From: Octopus vulgaris
Taxonomy: Eukaryota
Reading direction: 5' to 3'
DNA length: 64,000 bases
Assembly (NCBI GenBank): GCA_951406725.2
Contig: OX597816.1
Span: 118,606,001-118,670,000, forward strand
Both the position numbers and the translations under genes were made by a program. The notes below the pieces were generated by a model, which had not been told where the DNA came from, did no database searches, and worked only from the letters and a program-made list of their open reading frames with translations. Positions within the stretch are counted from its first letter, which is position 1, and each line of letters begins with the position of its first letter. This document shows positions 34,048 through 47,827 of this stretch, in pieces.

Positions 34048-35890
34048 GTTGACTCCTTAGACTCCTCGCCATCAATACATGAAGTAATGACATCAATAAG
34101 TAAATTGAATCTTGGTAGGGCACCTGGAAAGGATGGAATTTGTGCTGAGGTCTTGCGATTTGGTGGTAATTGCATCACACAGTCCCTTCATGAACTTATT
34201 AGTGCAGTGTGGAGGGATGGTGCAATCCCTAAGGATTGGAAGGATGCTATTATTCTTCCTCTGTATAAAGGAAAAGGAACCAGAACAATGTGTGGTAACT
34301 ACAGAGGTATTGCTCTACTATCAGCTGCTGGCAAGGTTCTGGCAAATATTCTTCTTACCCGTCTGAATGGGTGTCTCGTAAATGATGTCCTATCTGAATC
34401 TCAATGTGGCTTCCGATCTGGTAGAGGGACAATGGATATGATTTTCACAGCAAGACAGATGCAGGAGAAGTGCTATGAGCAGAATATGGATCTTGTCCAG
34501 GTATTCATTGATTTAACTAAGGTCTTTGATACTTTTAATAGGGTCTTTCTATGGAAAATACTTAGCAAACTTGGATGTCTGGATCACTTTGTATCTATAA
34601 TTAAATCATTTCATGATGAGATGGAGGCTTGGGTCAATGTTGGTGGTGCCATGGCAGGACCCATTCCTGTAGAGAATGGTGTTAAGCAGGGTGACATCCT
34701 TGCCCCAACTCTCTTTTCTTTGTACTTTGCTGCAACTTTTACTCATGCTTTTGCTAAGGTTAGCTCTCTGGGAATATATGTCAGATATCGATCTTCTGGC
34801 TGCCTCTTTAATCTTCGCCGATTTGCTGCCAATTCAAAGGTTTCCCAGTCTATTATTTGTGACCTCCTTTATGCAGATGACTGTGACTTAGTCACTCATA
34901 CAGTGGATGACATGCAAATACTCATGAATTGCATTTCTGCTTCTTGCAGGGCATTTGGACTCAGCATTAGCCTGGACAAGACTGTTGTAATGTTCCAGCC
35001 TGCACCAGGAAATCCATATATAGAACCAGCTATCTTGGTTGAAGGAACGATTCTGAAGGTAGTAGACAAGTTTGTCTACCTGGGCAGCACACTCAGTCGT
35101 TCTTGCTCCCTGGATGAGGAAATATCTTTCAGGTTGCAGAGAGCAACTAATTCCTTCTGGTCTCTTCAGTCTCATGTCTGGTCCCAACATGGCATTGCAA
35201 GGAGAACAAAAGTTGCTGTGTACCGTGCTTGTGTACTGACATCGCTTCTCTACTCATGTGAGACATGGACTCTGTACAAACATTAGGTCAGGGTCCTTGA
35301 ATGTTTTCATCAGAGATGTCTCAGACACATTCTCAATGTTGGCTGGACCTCAAAAATTCCAGACACACAGATCCTGAGGACAGCTGATATCTTGAGTATT
35401 GAGGCGATGGTACACAAGCACCGGTTGCGTTGGACTGGACACCTTATTAGAATGGAGGATAGAGAGATTCCTAAGCAGATGCTCTATGGAGAACTTGTGA
35501 ATGGAAGGAGACTCCGGCAGAAACCAAGGCTGCGATTTAAGGACTGTGTCAAGTCCTCGTTAAAGGCCTTTGATATGCAGGACACTGACTGGGAGAACAA
35601 TGCCTGTCATCACCACAGATGGAGGAAGCAGGTTAAGGAGGGGACCGACACATTTGAGAGAGCACGTATCCAGCATGAAGAACTTAAGCGAGCTGCGCGA
35701 AAGCGCACAGCTTGTATAGTGAATGGGGAAAGCTTGGTCTGCAATGTTTGCAGTCGTGTATGCTTGTGAAGAGCAGGGCTCATTAGCCACCAACGGAGCC
35801 ACAAATGCAAAATATAAGTTAGTCCTAGAGAGCACAATGTTCCTGAAGGTCGGCAATGGTCTTCCTCGGTCACGAGTGGACGGCCATCAT
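34048..35890 (+). mobile_element. 5'-truncated RTE (BovB-like) LINE with complete RT domain, inactivated by stops
   Basis: RAPGKDGI, NYRGIALLS, ESQCGFR, GVKQGDILAPTLF, LLYADD (34870-34881), LLYSCETW, RLRWTGHLIRM, C-terminal CxxC..HxxxH remnant; stops at 35284-35286 and 35767-35769; flanked by microsatellites. Confidence 0.95.
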
Positions 35891-35905
35891 GTATGTATGT
35901 ATGTA

Positions 35906-35939
<34 letters not shown>

Positions 35940-35973
35940 TGTGCATACGTATGTGTGTGTGTATGTATGCATG

Positions 35974-36019
<46 letters not shown>

Positions 36020-36061
36020 TAAAAGATAACAAAAGAAAGAAAGCGGTAAGATAACATATAT

Positions 36062-36364
36062 ATATATATATGTATATATGCATGTATGTTGTTGATTCTG
36101 TGTCCTTATTCTCTTTTGATCCACCTTCTCGTACCTTGAGGGAAGGCCCTGACACCTGGGGTAGCCTTGTATCTCCTCAGCAATAAAACACCTGTTCATA
36201 TATATATATATATTTACCAAATGCCACCAGCCCTCACTTCTGACCCAGCGCTGATACAAGGCTACCCCAGGTGTCAGGGCCTTCCCTCAAGGTACGAGAA
36301 GGTGGATCAAAAGAGAATAAGGACACAGAATCAACAACATACATGCATATATACATATATATAT
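36062..36364. repeat. Perfect 112-bp inverted repeat with 79-nt spacer
   Basis: 36062-36173 equals the reverse complement of 36253-36364. Confidence 0.92.
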
Positions 36365-37163
36365 TTAGATAGATGGATGGATGGATGGATAGATGGATGG
36401 ATGCAGGTGTGGCTGTGTGGTAAGAAGCTAACTTCCCAACCACATGGTTCCAGATTCAGTCCCATTTCGTGGCACTTTGGGCAAGTGTCTTCTACTATAG
36501 TCTTGGGCTAACCAAAGCCTCTTGAGTGGATTTGGTAGACAGAAACTGAAAGAAGCCGGTCATATGTGTGTGTGTGTGTGTGTGTGTATACATGTATATA
36601 TTTATATGTTTCTTTGTGGTTGTGTTTGTGTTCCCACCATTGCTTGACAACGGATGTTGGCATGTTTATGTCCCTGTGACTTAGTGGTTTGGCAAAAGAG
36701 ACCAATAGAGTAAGTACTAGGCTTACAAAGAAAAAGTCCTGGGGTTAATTTCTTCGACTAAAACCCTTTAATAGAGTGCTCCAGCATGGCCATAGTCAAA
36801 TGACTGAAACAAGTAAAAGAATAACAGAATGTGTATGTGTGTGTGTGTGTGTGTCTTTTATCTTTCACATGCTTCAGTCATTATACTGTGTACATGATGG
36901 AGCACCACCTTGGGGAATTTTAGTCAAACTTATCAACCCCACTACTTATTATTTTTTTATATATACACACACATACATATGTACTTTATTAAAAAGCAGC
37001 AGAAATATATGCTTACTCCGGTATATATATATTGAAGATTGCTCTACATTTTAAATTGATGTAATATTTGCAGTGTTCAATTAAATGGAGTCGCATGAAA
37101 CGATCGTACTGCATTACCTCTGGATATTCTTGTTGCTTATTTTGATTATATACACACACAAAC

Positions 37164-37197
<34 letters not shown>

Positions 37198-40100
37198 AAT
37201 CAAAAAATTAAAAGAAAATAAGACAAGAAAAAACAACAATGTGAGGACATGGTACATGCAAAATATTAATAAGATGCTCAAAGAAGGAAAGAAAGAGTGG
37301 CTGTTTTATGTTTTGAGTAAAGCTCTTCTTTGAAACAGGAGACATAGGTAAGTCCAAAAGAAGAGGAAGAAGGAGGAAAAAAATTCCCAACAATCTACGT
37401 GTTGTTACATTTTGGAATGACCAGAAGTAGATGGACAAAGAGAAAGTGCTTTCTGGGACAGGAAAGTGTGAAGAATGGTTGGTATCTGTGTATATGTGTG
37501 AGTGTGTGTATGCGTGTATGTACATGTGTGCATGTATGTGTATTGTGTGTGTGGAGGTGTATGTGTGTTGTGCATGTGGAGGTGTATGTGTTCATGTGTA
37601 TGTGCATGCATATGTGTGTGCATGTATGTGTGTGTGTATGTAGTTTTTTATAAACGATATATATATATATATATATATATACACAATGGGTTTCTTTCAG
37701 TTTCTGTCTACCAAATCCACTTACAAGGTTTTGACCAGCCCAAGGCTATAGTAGAAGACACTTGCCTATGGAGCTACACAGTGGGACTGAATCCAGGACC
37801 ATGTAGCTAGGAAGCAAACTTCTTACCACACAACCATGCCTATGCCTATGTGTGTGTGTGTGTGTGTATGTGTATATATGCATGTATGTATGTATGTATG
37901 TATGTATGTATGTATGTATGTGTGTGTGTGTATGTGCACACACACATATATATATATATACTGAAAAAGAACAACATTTATATTTATGTCAAAGTAAAAG
38001 ATGGAAAGAGAGCAATTGAGAAATATAGCATTAATAAAGCATAGAAATAAAATGAAATAGACAAATGAATTTCTTTTTAAATTTGTTAGAAAGAAAAAAA
38101 AAAAACTGGAGGAGTGGAAAACTACTACAAGAGAAGAAAATTCAGCAGAGCTGGTAATGAAAGCAATTGTTTGTGTTTTGAAAAAATATAACACTCAAAT
38201 CAAAGAAGAATGAAATAATTGATTAACGACCATTATTGGAACATCCTGGAAGATCAGGAGTTAACAGGAAACAAAACAACAACAAAAAAAATAGTTTGAA
38301 AACCTAAGGAATAATTTACAAAATGTATATTAAGAATTTTTTCTATGTGGTCAAAGCAAAGAAAAAAAAACATTGTAGCCACTTTTATATAATATCAGAA
38401 AATTGAATCTAGAATAACAAGAGCAATAGTTTATCTAGAAATACATTACTACAACTATGTCTAGAAATACATTACTACAGCTATATTTTTCACATTGTTT
38501 TACATCTGCTTTCTATGTTAGCATAAGTTGAATGGGTTGTCATAGTCTGAGTTCTTATATGGAGATGAATTCAGAACAAAAAATCACAGAAAGATGTCAC
38601 TGAAAAAAGGTTCTATTTTGCTTAAGAAATTGAATAAAAGGTTGGGTTTTTTTTCTCATATATGTGTAATTCCATCATATAAAAATCATGTACAACTTAT
38701 GTACAGTGAGTTAATAACTGACTTTAAATATTTTTTGTTTTATTACTTTAATTGTATATAGGATTTTAAATAAAATGTGACATTTATTTGGGCGATTTTT
38801 TCCTAGATCAGATGGTGACATTTTTCGGTTACTTTTTATCCTGAGTCTATTTTTCCAGACATCTTGGAGATACCCTAGATGATATGAAGGACCACATCTC
38901 ACTTGTATGCTTCAATATTTTGACTTGGTGAGGCAGTGAGCTGGCAGAAACATTAGCACACTGGGCAAAATGCTTAGCGGTATTTTTACTGCCTTTACGT
39001 TCTGAGTTCAAATTCTGTTGTGGTTGACTTTGCCTTTCATCCTTTCAGGGTCGATAAATTACATACCAGTTGCATACTGGGGTCGATCTAATCGACTGGC
39101 CCTTTCCCCCAAAATTTTGGGCTTTGTGCCTAGACTAGAAGAGAATATTTTGACTTGGTTTCTATAGCTGGATGTTCTTAATATCAACAACTTTGTAGCA
39201 TGTACTTTATAGATGCATTTTATTATGGCATCACCATTAGAGAGATTGTCATATCCACAAGACCTAAAGTCTATATCTTCACTGATTTGCTAACCATTTT
39301 ACAGATAATTCTGGGTGGATGGTTTTATAGTTGTCTCATCAATAAATATTATTGGTATCATCATCATTATCAACATCTACTTTTCTATGCTTTAATTCGT
39401 CAGAATTTATTAAGGTAGATTTTCTACAGCCAGATGCCTTCCTGTTGTCAACCCTCACCTGTTTCCAAATAAGGAATGAGCGCTCAACTCTGCATTGGTG
39501 GATAAAAATTCTCTATTTGTGGATTAACAAGGTTACCAATGGTCACATGTACAGAGAAAGATCTCTTTACAATTTTCAAGCGTACCACATGGGAATATTG
39601 GTACCAACATTTCCATTGGTATGCTTCAAAATTGCATACAGATCTCTCTTTACATGAAACCTTTGGTAGATTTGTTAACCCACAAATAAAGTATTTTTTT
39701 ATATAGTAAGAATTGATATTGCCTGAGATATACTGACACATTATGTGTGTGTGTGTGTGTATCATCATCATCGTTGTCTTCATTATATATAAACTAATGT
39801 TTGTTAACCTTATGCATAACAGTTATTTCACAAAAAAATTGATAAATTAGGAAAAAATACAAAAGATTATAGAAGTTGAAGTCTGGTAATACTAAAGTCC
39901 AGAAACTGAATGACTTTTTATAAAATGAGAAAATAAGAAAGTCTGGTAAATCATGAAACTTGTCCTGAGCTAAAAAAAAAACATGACAGATGCTTAGACA
40001 AGCTTAATAGGAAATAAATGGATATGAACGAGTTTTATAAATATACATACACAAGTGTGTTGTCCTATTATCCTGAAAGTAATGCAAAACAGGTATAAGT

Positions 40101-43065
40101 TTTTTATATATATGTATATTATCATGATTTATAAATATTTGTTTCTCTCTTCTTGACTTGCCTTCGAAAGCAAAGATTTATGGAGCAGGATGTCTACATC
40201 TGGTGCAGGTTTCTCAATATTCAACAAGTCCAGGGTTGGTTATAGTATCCTTGTCTTTTTCTCCTTCTTCTCTGCATCATCAAGGTTAAAACTGATGTGG
40301 TGCTTTTGAAATGTTAAAACCTTGGTGATATAGAGAAGAGGATTGTATGTGTCGGATGAAAGTTGTTGAGGCAAATTTTCTATGGTTGGATGCCTTTCCT
40401 GTTGCCAACACTTAACTATTTTGAAGTAAGGTAATATTTTAGGACATTTTTTCATGGGAGATTGGAAATGAAGAACATCACCTGCATGATGGTGACACTC
40501 TCTTACAAGAATGAAGACAAGCAGAGACCAACTCACAAACAAGTGCGCACAAACACACCCTTTATCTTTTACTTGTTACAATCATTTGACTGTAGCCATA
40601 CTGGGGTTTAGTCAAACTAATTGATGTGTTTTGGTGTTAAGTGCAAGAAACAGTTTAGTTTCTTTTTCTAATGTTTTACATAGTTCAAACTACACAAGTT
40701 AATGTATGAAAAACAAAATAGGAATTTTGAAAGGAGTTTCTATAAAACTAGTTTTTAAACATTGAATGGCTATGGGATCCACCAGAATAAAGTGGTAATC
40801 AAAAGGGTCCATAGATAAAAAGATGGTTGAGAGCCCTTGGGTTATATGGTGTGCTTGGACCAGAATTCTGCCATATGAATTTATTTGCTTCAGTCACTGG
40901 AATCACAGCCATGCTAGGGCACCACCTTATAGGGGTTTTAGTCAAACAAATCAAGTATGTTACTTACTCTACCTCTCTTTTGTTAAACCATCAAGTTACA
41001 GGGATGTAAACAAACCAACAATGGTTGTCAAGCAGTGAGGCAGGGTTGTGGACAGATGCAAACTCAATGATACACACATCGATATATACATATACATACA
41101 AGTGGATCTTTTGTGTTTCTCTCTCAGTTTTCTAACTTTTCACATATAAAGAGATTTAAATTAAAATACATTTAAATGTTTTTAAATTAAATGATATTCA
41201 TTTTCATGGTCTTATTAATAGAGTAAATAATTGTATGATGCTAATTAAATGTTCATGCTTAAACTTACATCATTTAAAATGGTTAATTCAGTGAAAAGGT
41301 ATATATTTTACAAAAGAAAAACATACATGTGTGTGTGTGTGTGTGTGTGAGTTTGCATGTATGTATGTATGTATCTATACATATGACAGGCTTCTTTCAG
41401 TTTTCATCTATCAAATCCTTACACTCAAAGGCTTTGGTTGGCTGAAAACCTAAAGTAGAAGACACTTGCCCAAGGTGCCACACAGTGGGACTGAACTTGA
41501 AAGTGAATTTCTTGCTACACAATTATGCCTGTAGTTAAGAAGAATATTCATGCTGCAAAATGGATATAAGAACACTCACCTTTAGTTTTTGCTGAAGAAG
41601 AATCACTATGGAAAATTACTCAGAGATGTCTGGTGCATGGAAACATAATAGCAAAGTAGATGCTAACATGTTTGATGAATTAAGCCAAGAAAGTTTAGTT
41701 ATATTTAAATTACACTCTTTGTGATAAAAGCAGTCATTATCTGAATAATTCTGCTCAGAAAAGTTAGGGAGGCAACAACCAAATTTTTTTATGAATTAAA
41801 ATAAATTAAATATGGGATACAGTGGGGAATGAATCTGTTCTTTAGCAGTGGAGTGACTGCTCCATGCATGTTTCAGTATTATAACACCACATCAGTGCAG
41901 CTTGGTCTGACACAGTGTCAGTTAGATAGCTCTTAGAGTAACTAAATAGATATTGGATTTTCATGGAATTAAAGAGAGTAATTTAACAACTTAAAAGGAT
42001 GATTGAAAAGAATATTTGTAGATACCAGCTACTTAAAGAGTTTTTGCTGTTTTCTCTAGGTAAATCTCTCATATAATACTTAAAAAAAAAGAAGGGGTAT
42101 AATTAAAGAAGGTTATGAATGGTCTGACATTAGAAACAGTTTAAGAAATAAAGGATTCACTTCTGTTGCCATAGGTATTATTTGATATATTGATACATTT
42201 GTACACTGGTAGTAATTAGGACTACTTCCACATTTCAAAATGTATTCATGCAGTTGGCAGATCAAATTACTATGAACTGACTTTTGTATAAAATGATCCA
42301 GAAAATGACCAGTTGGGTAGCTTGTCAAGAGAAATTTGATTGGGGTCATTTTATTTTATTTTAGTCACTCTCAGTCACTGACCTTAAACTGACACCAACC
42401 ATGTGACTATTTAAATACAAAACTTGACAGCAACCTCCTTCAAAGTTTAACTTTATGATAATGAAAATAATTTTTTTTGTTTTTTATTAACCTCCTTCAA
42501 AGTTTAAGTTTATGGGAATGAATATAATATTGTTAAATTAACTATAATAAATAAATAAGAATGTCAATTAAAATGTCAAATTGAATTAGCTTTTTTATAA
42601 GATAAATATATCTTAACATAAACTAATAAACCTTGAAATATATCACTTTAACAAGACTATTTTCATCAAACCTGTAGCCAAACTATTCCTTCTGGTGCTT
42701 TGTTAATCTCAGAGGGAGGGAAGTTCATACTTAGAGTTCATCTGGGCTGAACACTTTTCAAAGTAGACTTAGCTACCATGGCCTCTACATGTCTATGGTT
42801 ATACTTTTTATTTATTTTTTCATTGCTTATTCATTTACTTATTCATATCAGTGCTAAGGAGAGGAGATACTGGTAGTGTTCTCTCAATTCTACTGTTTGA
42901 TTTGGAAAGGACACATTGAATATTGTAATCCTAGGTGCCCTTAAAAAGACTGGAGCGTAATCCTAGATGCCCTTAAAAGGACAGACTGGAGTATCTTTGA
43001 TCATAGGCTTTTTTATGTTTAGTCCTAAGTTTATTCTGTCAGAAGTGGGACTAAGCAACAGCAGC

Positions 43066-43571
43066 CAGGATCAGCACTAGGAAGTGAAAGGCCCAATTAG
43101 AGAATTGTTAGTGGGGTCCTCTACTCTACAAAAGTTGAAGATTGATGTTTTATGCTTTGTGTAGTATGCCAGTCCCAGCCAAAAAGTGTTGAGAGCTTGA
43201 GGCACCACCATTAGCCACAATGATATACTAAAAATTGAAAGCTCATATGAAAGTTTTAATGTTTTATAACAAGCTGAGCATGCATATAGGGCACTCTTTG
43301 TTTTAGGTCCAATTTGAACAAATCTCTCAAATTGGCTTAACCTTTTAGTTTTTTAAGCCAGCTGTATTCAGCACAAATATTCTTGTTTTACATTAAAACC
43401 TGCCAGAACTGGTTTCACACCTACCCTAAAATATCATTCTAAAAAATAGCAATCACACTATTGAAATCTTGAAGCTACAAGATAATGTTTGATTAATTAA
43501 AAACAATGTAAATGAACAAGTATTACATTTGACAGAAAAATTTGAACACTAAAGGGTTAAAGCCAGCCCTG
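43066..43571. mobile_element. hAT-like MITE containing a nested TTAA-flanked MITE (43337-43560)
   Basis: Ends caggatcagc/gccagccctg; 8-bp TSD acagcagc/acagaagc; inner ttaaccttttag...ctaaagggttaa. Confidence 0.75.
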
Positions 43572-45540
43572 ACAGAAGCAACTTGAGTGTCCTTATCATT
43601 GGCTTCTGTTACCTCAGATTTCGTGTGAAGTGTGGAGAAGATTTTGTTACATTCATAAGTTTATCCTGAGTATTAGGGACATACATGTAGGGAAATTGCT
43701 AGCGGATATCAAAACCAGCTTCTAAATTTTGCTTGCAAGGAGACCATATGTTCTTTGTATGAAAATATTTAAAACAACTCTTTGTAGTCCAAATTCTTTG
43801 TGGTCAAGGAAAAAAGGAACCTCAACTTATTTTTCTAATGTCAACCAGTTTATTTTAAGGCAAGGTAATTACCTATTTTCCAGGTAGAGAAACAAAGCTT
43901 TATGTGAAATGGGATGGGTTATGGGTCTATCTTACCTTTTATTTGTTTTTATTTAAAGTAAAATATATTTACCTTCTCTGTAATGTAAATCTGACATAAT
44001 CTATAGGCTTATAGAGACAGCATAGAATAACTTAAGGAAGCTTTAGTGGAATCATTACTTGTACTCTTCTCTAAGTCCATAGAAAACATGGCAAACTAAC
44101 AAAACACTTTCTGCCAACTACAGGCAACTGTACTATACTTTTTTCAACTATGACACTTATTTTTAAAACTAGATGCACCCAGTTATTGAAAATTGATATT
44201 TTTTGCCAATGATAGACTAGCTATATGCTAGTTTGACCAGCTAAAAAGTAACAGTGAAATTTCCCTTCCACCCACTATCCTAAAATAAAGAGAGCAATTT
44301 GGATAATGTAATCATAAATACTTTATCTCTGGTTGAAAAAAAAAAAGACAGGAAGATCAAGACTGGAACATTTTTGATTATAGGTGCAAGCATGGCTGCT
44401 TCTCAGCCTCATGGCTCCAGTGTCAGTCTCACAGCATGATACCTTGGGCAAGTGTCTTCTACCGTAACCTTTGGCTGACCAAAGCTTTGTGAGTGGATTT
44501 GGCTGACAGAAACTGAAAGAAGCCCATCATATTATCATCATCATCATCGTTTAAGGTCTACTTTTCATGCTGGCATGGGTTGGACAGTTTGACAGAAGTT
44601 GGTTAGGCAGGAACCTGCCCCAGACTTGTGCTTGTTTTGGCAGGGTTTTTATGGTTGGATGCCCTTCCTAACACCAACCACCCAGCAGAGTGTATGTATG
44701 CATGTGTATGTGGGTGGGTGGGTGTTTGTCTCCCATCATCACTTGACAACCAGTGCTGGTGTATTTACATTCCTATAGCTTAGCAGTTGAGCAAAAGGGG
44801 CTTAAAACAAAAATAAGCACTGGGACCAGTCAATTAACAAGAAAAAAGGAAATTCTTCGAGGCAGTGCCCAAACATGGCCACTGTCTAATGACTAAAACA
44901 AGTTAAAGTTAAAATATAGGTCTACTGAATAAAGGTTAATGTAAGATTAAATAAGTATTTTTGATAAGGCCTCACTGCACAGTAACAGTGACAAAATATA
45001 AAGTAATACTCTATCAAATATGCTTGAGCAAGACACTTTATTCTAGAAATGAGTTGTGATGTCACTGGTGCCAAGCTGTATCAGCCTTTGCCTTTCCCTT
45101 GAACAACATAAGTGGCATGGAGAGGGGAGGCTGGTATGCATGGGCAACTGCTAGCCTTCTACAAAAACAACCTTGCCTGGACTTGTGCTTTTGTGGGGAA
45201 CTTTCTAAGTGCAACCCCATGGTCATTCATGACTGAAGGAGGTCTTTACCTTTTCTGTTTTTATTCTATCAAACTGTAGGCTAGTTCTTTATTAGTTGTA
45301 GCCTTACTCTCATATCTGACTAGATTAATTTTTATGATGTACCTGAAGGCCTGCAAAGTCCATCTGGTATCAGTGAGCTAAACCTTGACTTCAGATTAGA
45401 ATTCGGTGAATTCATAAATATTTGGAGATCAATAAAAGAAACTAAAATGGAAACTTAACATAGAATTGGTGTCATCTTGAAGGCTCTGCTTAATCCAAGA
45501 CAGAGTTGAGTTCCACTCTAGTCTTGAACTTTATACATTA

Positions 45541-45934
45541 CTAGCAGTATCGCCCGTCGTTGCTCAGGTTTGTTTCAACCCTTTAGAATTAGAATTTTTG
45601 AAAAGTAAAAGTTTTGCGTTATGTAGCTTGTTATTCTCTTTAAGTGAACATTTTTCTGGTTGAAATACACCAAAAAATGGCGACACAGCATTAAAAAAAA
45701 AATGTAAAAAATAGGGATTTTCATAGAAAAAAGCACCTTTTTGATGTAAATAATTTTTGGTGTTAACATGGTCCAATTTGAATTTTTTTCTTCTAAGGAA
45801 GGAAGAGCAAGCCTTCTTCTCTCATACTCTCAATTTTGGTCAACTTGCGCCACACGGTCTCGGAGGAGATAGTGTTAGTTGAAGGCTACCAAACCTGCCA
45901 CACAGAGACAACTTCAGCTTTATATATAGAGAGA
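45541..45934 (-). mobile_element. Non-autonomous Helitron
   Basis: Minus strand starts A|TC(TC)..TATATATAAA, has a subterminal hairpin CCTGAGCAACGACGGG and ends CTAG|T; no TSD. Confidence 0.8.
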
Positions 45935-45940
45935 TTATAC

Positions 45941-46184
45941 CAGTGTTTCTCAACCATTTTCTTATCTTTGGACCATTTGATTTCTGTCTTATTTAGATAG
46001 AACATCCTAGCCATTCGGTGTTCAAAAAATCTGATCATATTTTTATAATTAAATATTATTAGGAATTGTATCAAAATATTTTGTGTATTGTAGAAGTATA
46101 ACCAATTTATTGCAGACTAAATTTTAACAACAAAATCTTATGTGGACTCCCAGGGATCATATGGACCCTGCTTGTGAACTGCTG
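45941..46184. mobile_element. hAT-like MITE
   Basis: cagtgtttctcaac...gtgaactgctg; TSD gattatac/cattatat (6/8). Confidence 0.6.
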
Positions 46185-46212
46185 CATTATATTTACAGGT
46201 ACTTAGTTAACT

Positions 46213-46725
46213 GTGGGGGCACGTGGCTTAGTGGTTAGGGTGTTGAACTCATGGTCGTAAGGTTGTGGTTTCGAATCCTGGACCGGGCGATGCGTTGTGT
46301 TCGTGAGCAAAACGCTTCATATTCACGTTACTCCAGCCCACTCAGCTGGCAAAAATGAGTAATCCTGCAATGGACTGGCATCCCGTCCAGGTGGGGAATT
46401 TCTACGCCACTGAAACCAGGAAACCGGCCCCTATGAGCCTAGCATGGCTTGAGAAGGAACATTTGTGGAGGCGCATGGCTTAGTGGTTAGGGTGTCAGCA
46501 CCACGATCATAAGATTGTGGTTTCGATTCCTGGACCGGGCAACATGTTGTGTTCTTGAGCAAAACACTTCACTTCACATTGCTCCAGTCCACTCAGCTGG
46601 CAAAAATGAGTAACGCTGCGATGGACTGGCGTCCCGTCCAGCTGGGGAACACATACGCCATAGAAACCGGGAAAACAGGCCCATGAGCCTGACTAGGCTT
46701 TAAAAGAGCGCATTTATTTATTATA
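46213..46725 (+). mobile_element. Head-to-tail SINE dimer inside one 13-bp TSD
   Basis: Two ~250-bp tRNA-headed units (junction ~46463); tacttagttaact at 46200-46212 and 46726-46738. Confidence 0.85.
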
Positions 46726-47034
46726 TACTTAGTTAACTTAGCTTTAATTTACTAAAACAGGCTTTATCAAAATCATTACATATCAACAAATACTCATCCT
46801 GAAAATTATTTCTCTGCCTCTGCTCATAGTTTTTTTTTTCCTCCTTCTAACCACCAGACTACAGATATTTTTCACCAATTTATTTTCTTCTCTCGTATAT
46901 ATATATCTGTGTCTGTCAGTGTGTGTGTATACATAGTATTATGTATGTATGTACATATGTATGTGTGTATGTATGTATGTATGTATGCAACAAATTTCAT
47001 AGAAAAGAATGTATGTATGTACGTATGTGTATAC

Positions 47035-47065
<31 letters not shown>

Positions 47066-47599
47066 TGTATGTATGTGCGTATCTATGTATGTATGTAGTA
47101 TGCAGCAAGTCTTATAGAAAAGGAGCGTGAGAGTAGGGAAGGTATAATACAGATGTTTCTTTGAAGAAAAGTGTTTGGTTTATGTTGTGGCATGAGTTTA
47201 TACTACAGGTGATAGGCTGAGTGAAGCCAAATCTGATGTCTGAATTTCACTTTTCTAATCACTGAACTTACCAACCAGCTAAACACTGAAGCTAACAAAC
47301 AAAAGAACTAGTGATTATATTAAGTTCCATGGCACCTAATCAGTCTGGTGTTTATTGTGGCAATTGTATTAATTGTCAGCTTCACATGTCTGTTCTTTAA
47401 CACTATAACATAAAAGGTTAATGGGGTTAAAACTCTGGGAATGGCTCAATCAAACAATATTTATATCATTATATATGTATAATAAGTAATGTTAATTACT
47501 TAACGTTTTTTATCAAATCAAAAAGGATCCATCAATGGGATGTCAGTCTTACTGACTTCAGTGTGAATCTAGTGCTACACAATAATTAAATATTTCTTT

Positions 47600-47827
47600 T
47601 TAACCTTTTAGCATTCAGACTTCTCTGTCAAATGTAATGCTAATTTGTTCACATTGTTTCGAGTTTATCCTGCATTGTCTCACAGCTTTCAGATTTCAAT
47701 GGCTCGTTTGTATGTTTTTAGACTGACATAGTAGGGTAGGTATGAGAGACTGGATCTGGCCAGTTTGACCATAAAATAGGTAGAATATTTTGATTAGATA
47801 TGGTTAGTTTAAATGCCAGCAGGTTAA
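47600..47827. mobile_element. piggyBac-like MITE (same family also at ~16003-16220, ~50474 and ~54940-55140)
   Basis: ttaaccttttagcattcag...aggttaa; body shared with the 28994 copy. Confidence 0.7.

Noticed and set aside
40140-40290. Possible plus-strand exon after a pyrimidine tract
   Set aside because: Weak splice sites, no recognisable product and no neighbouring exons.
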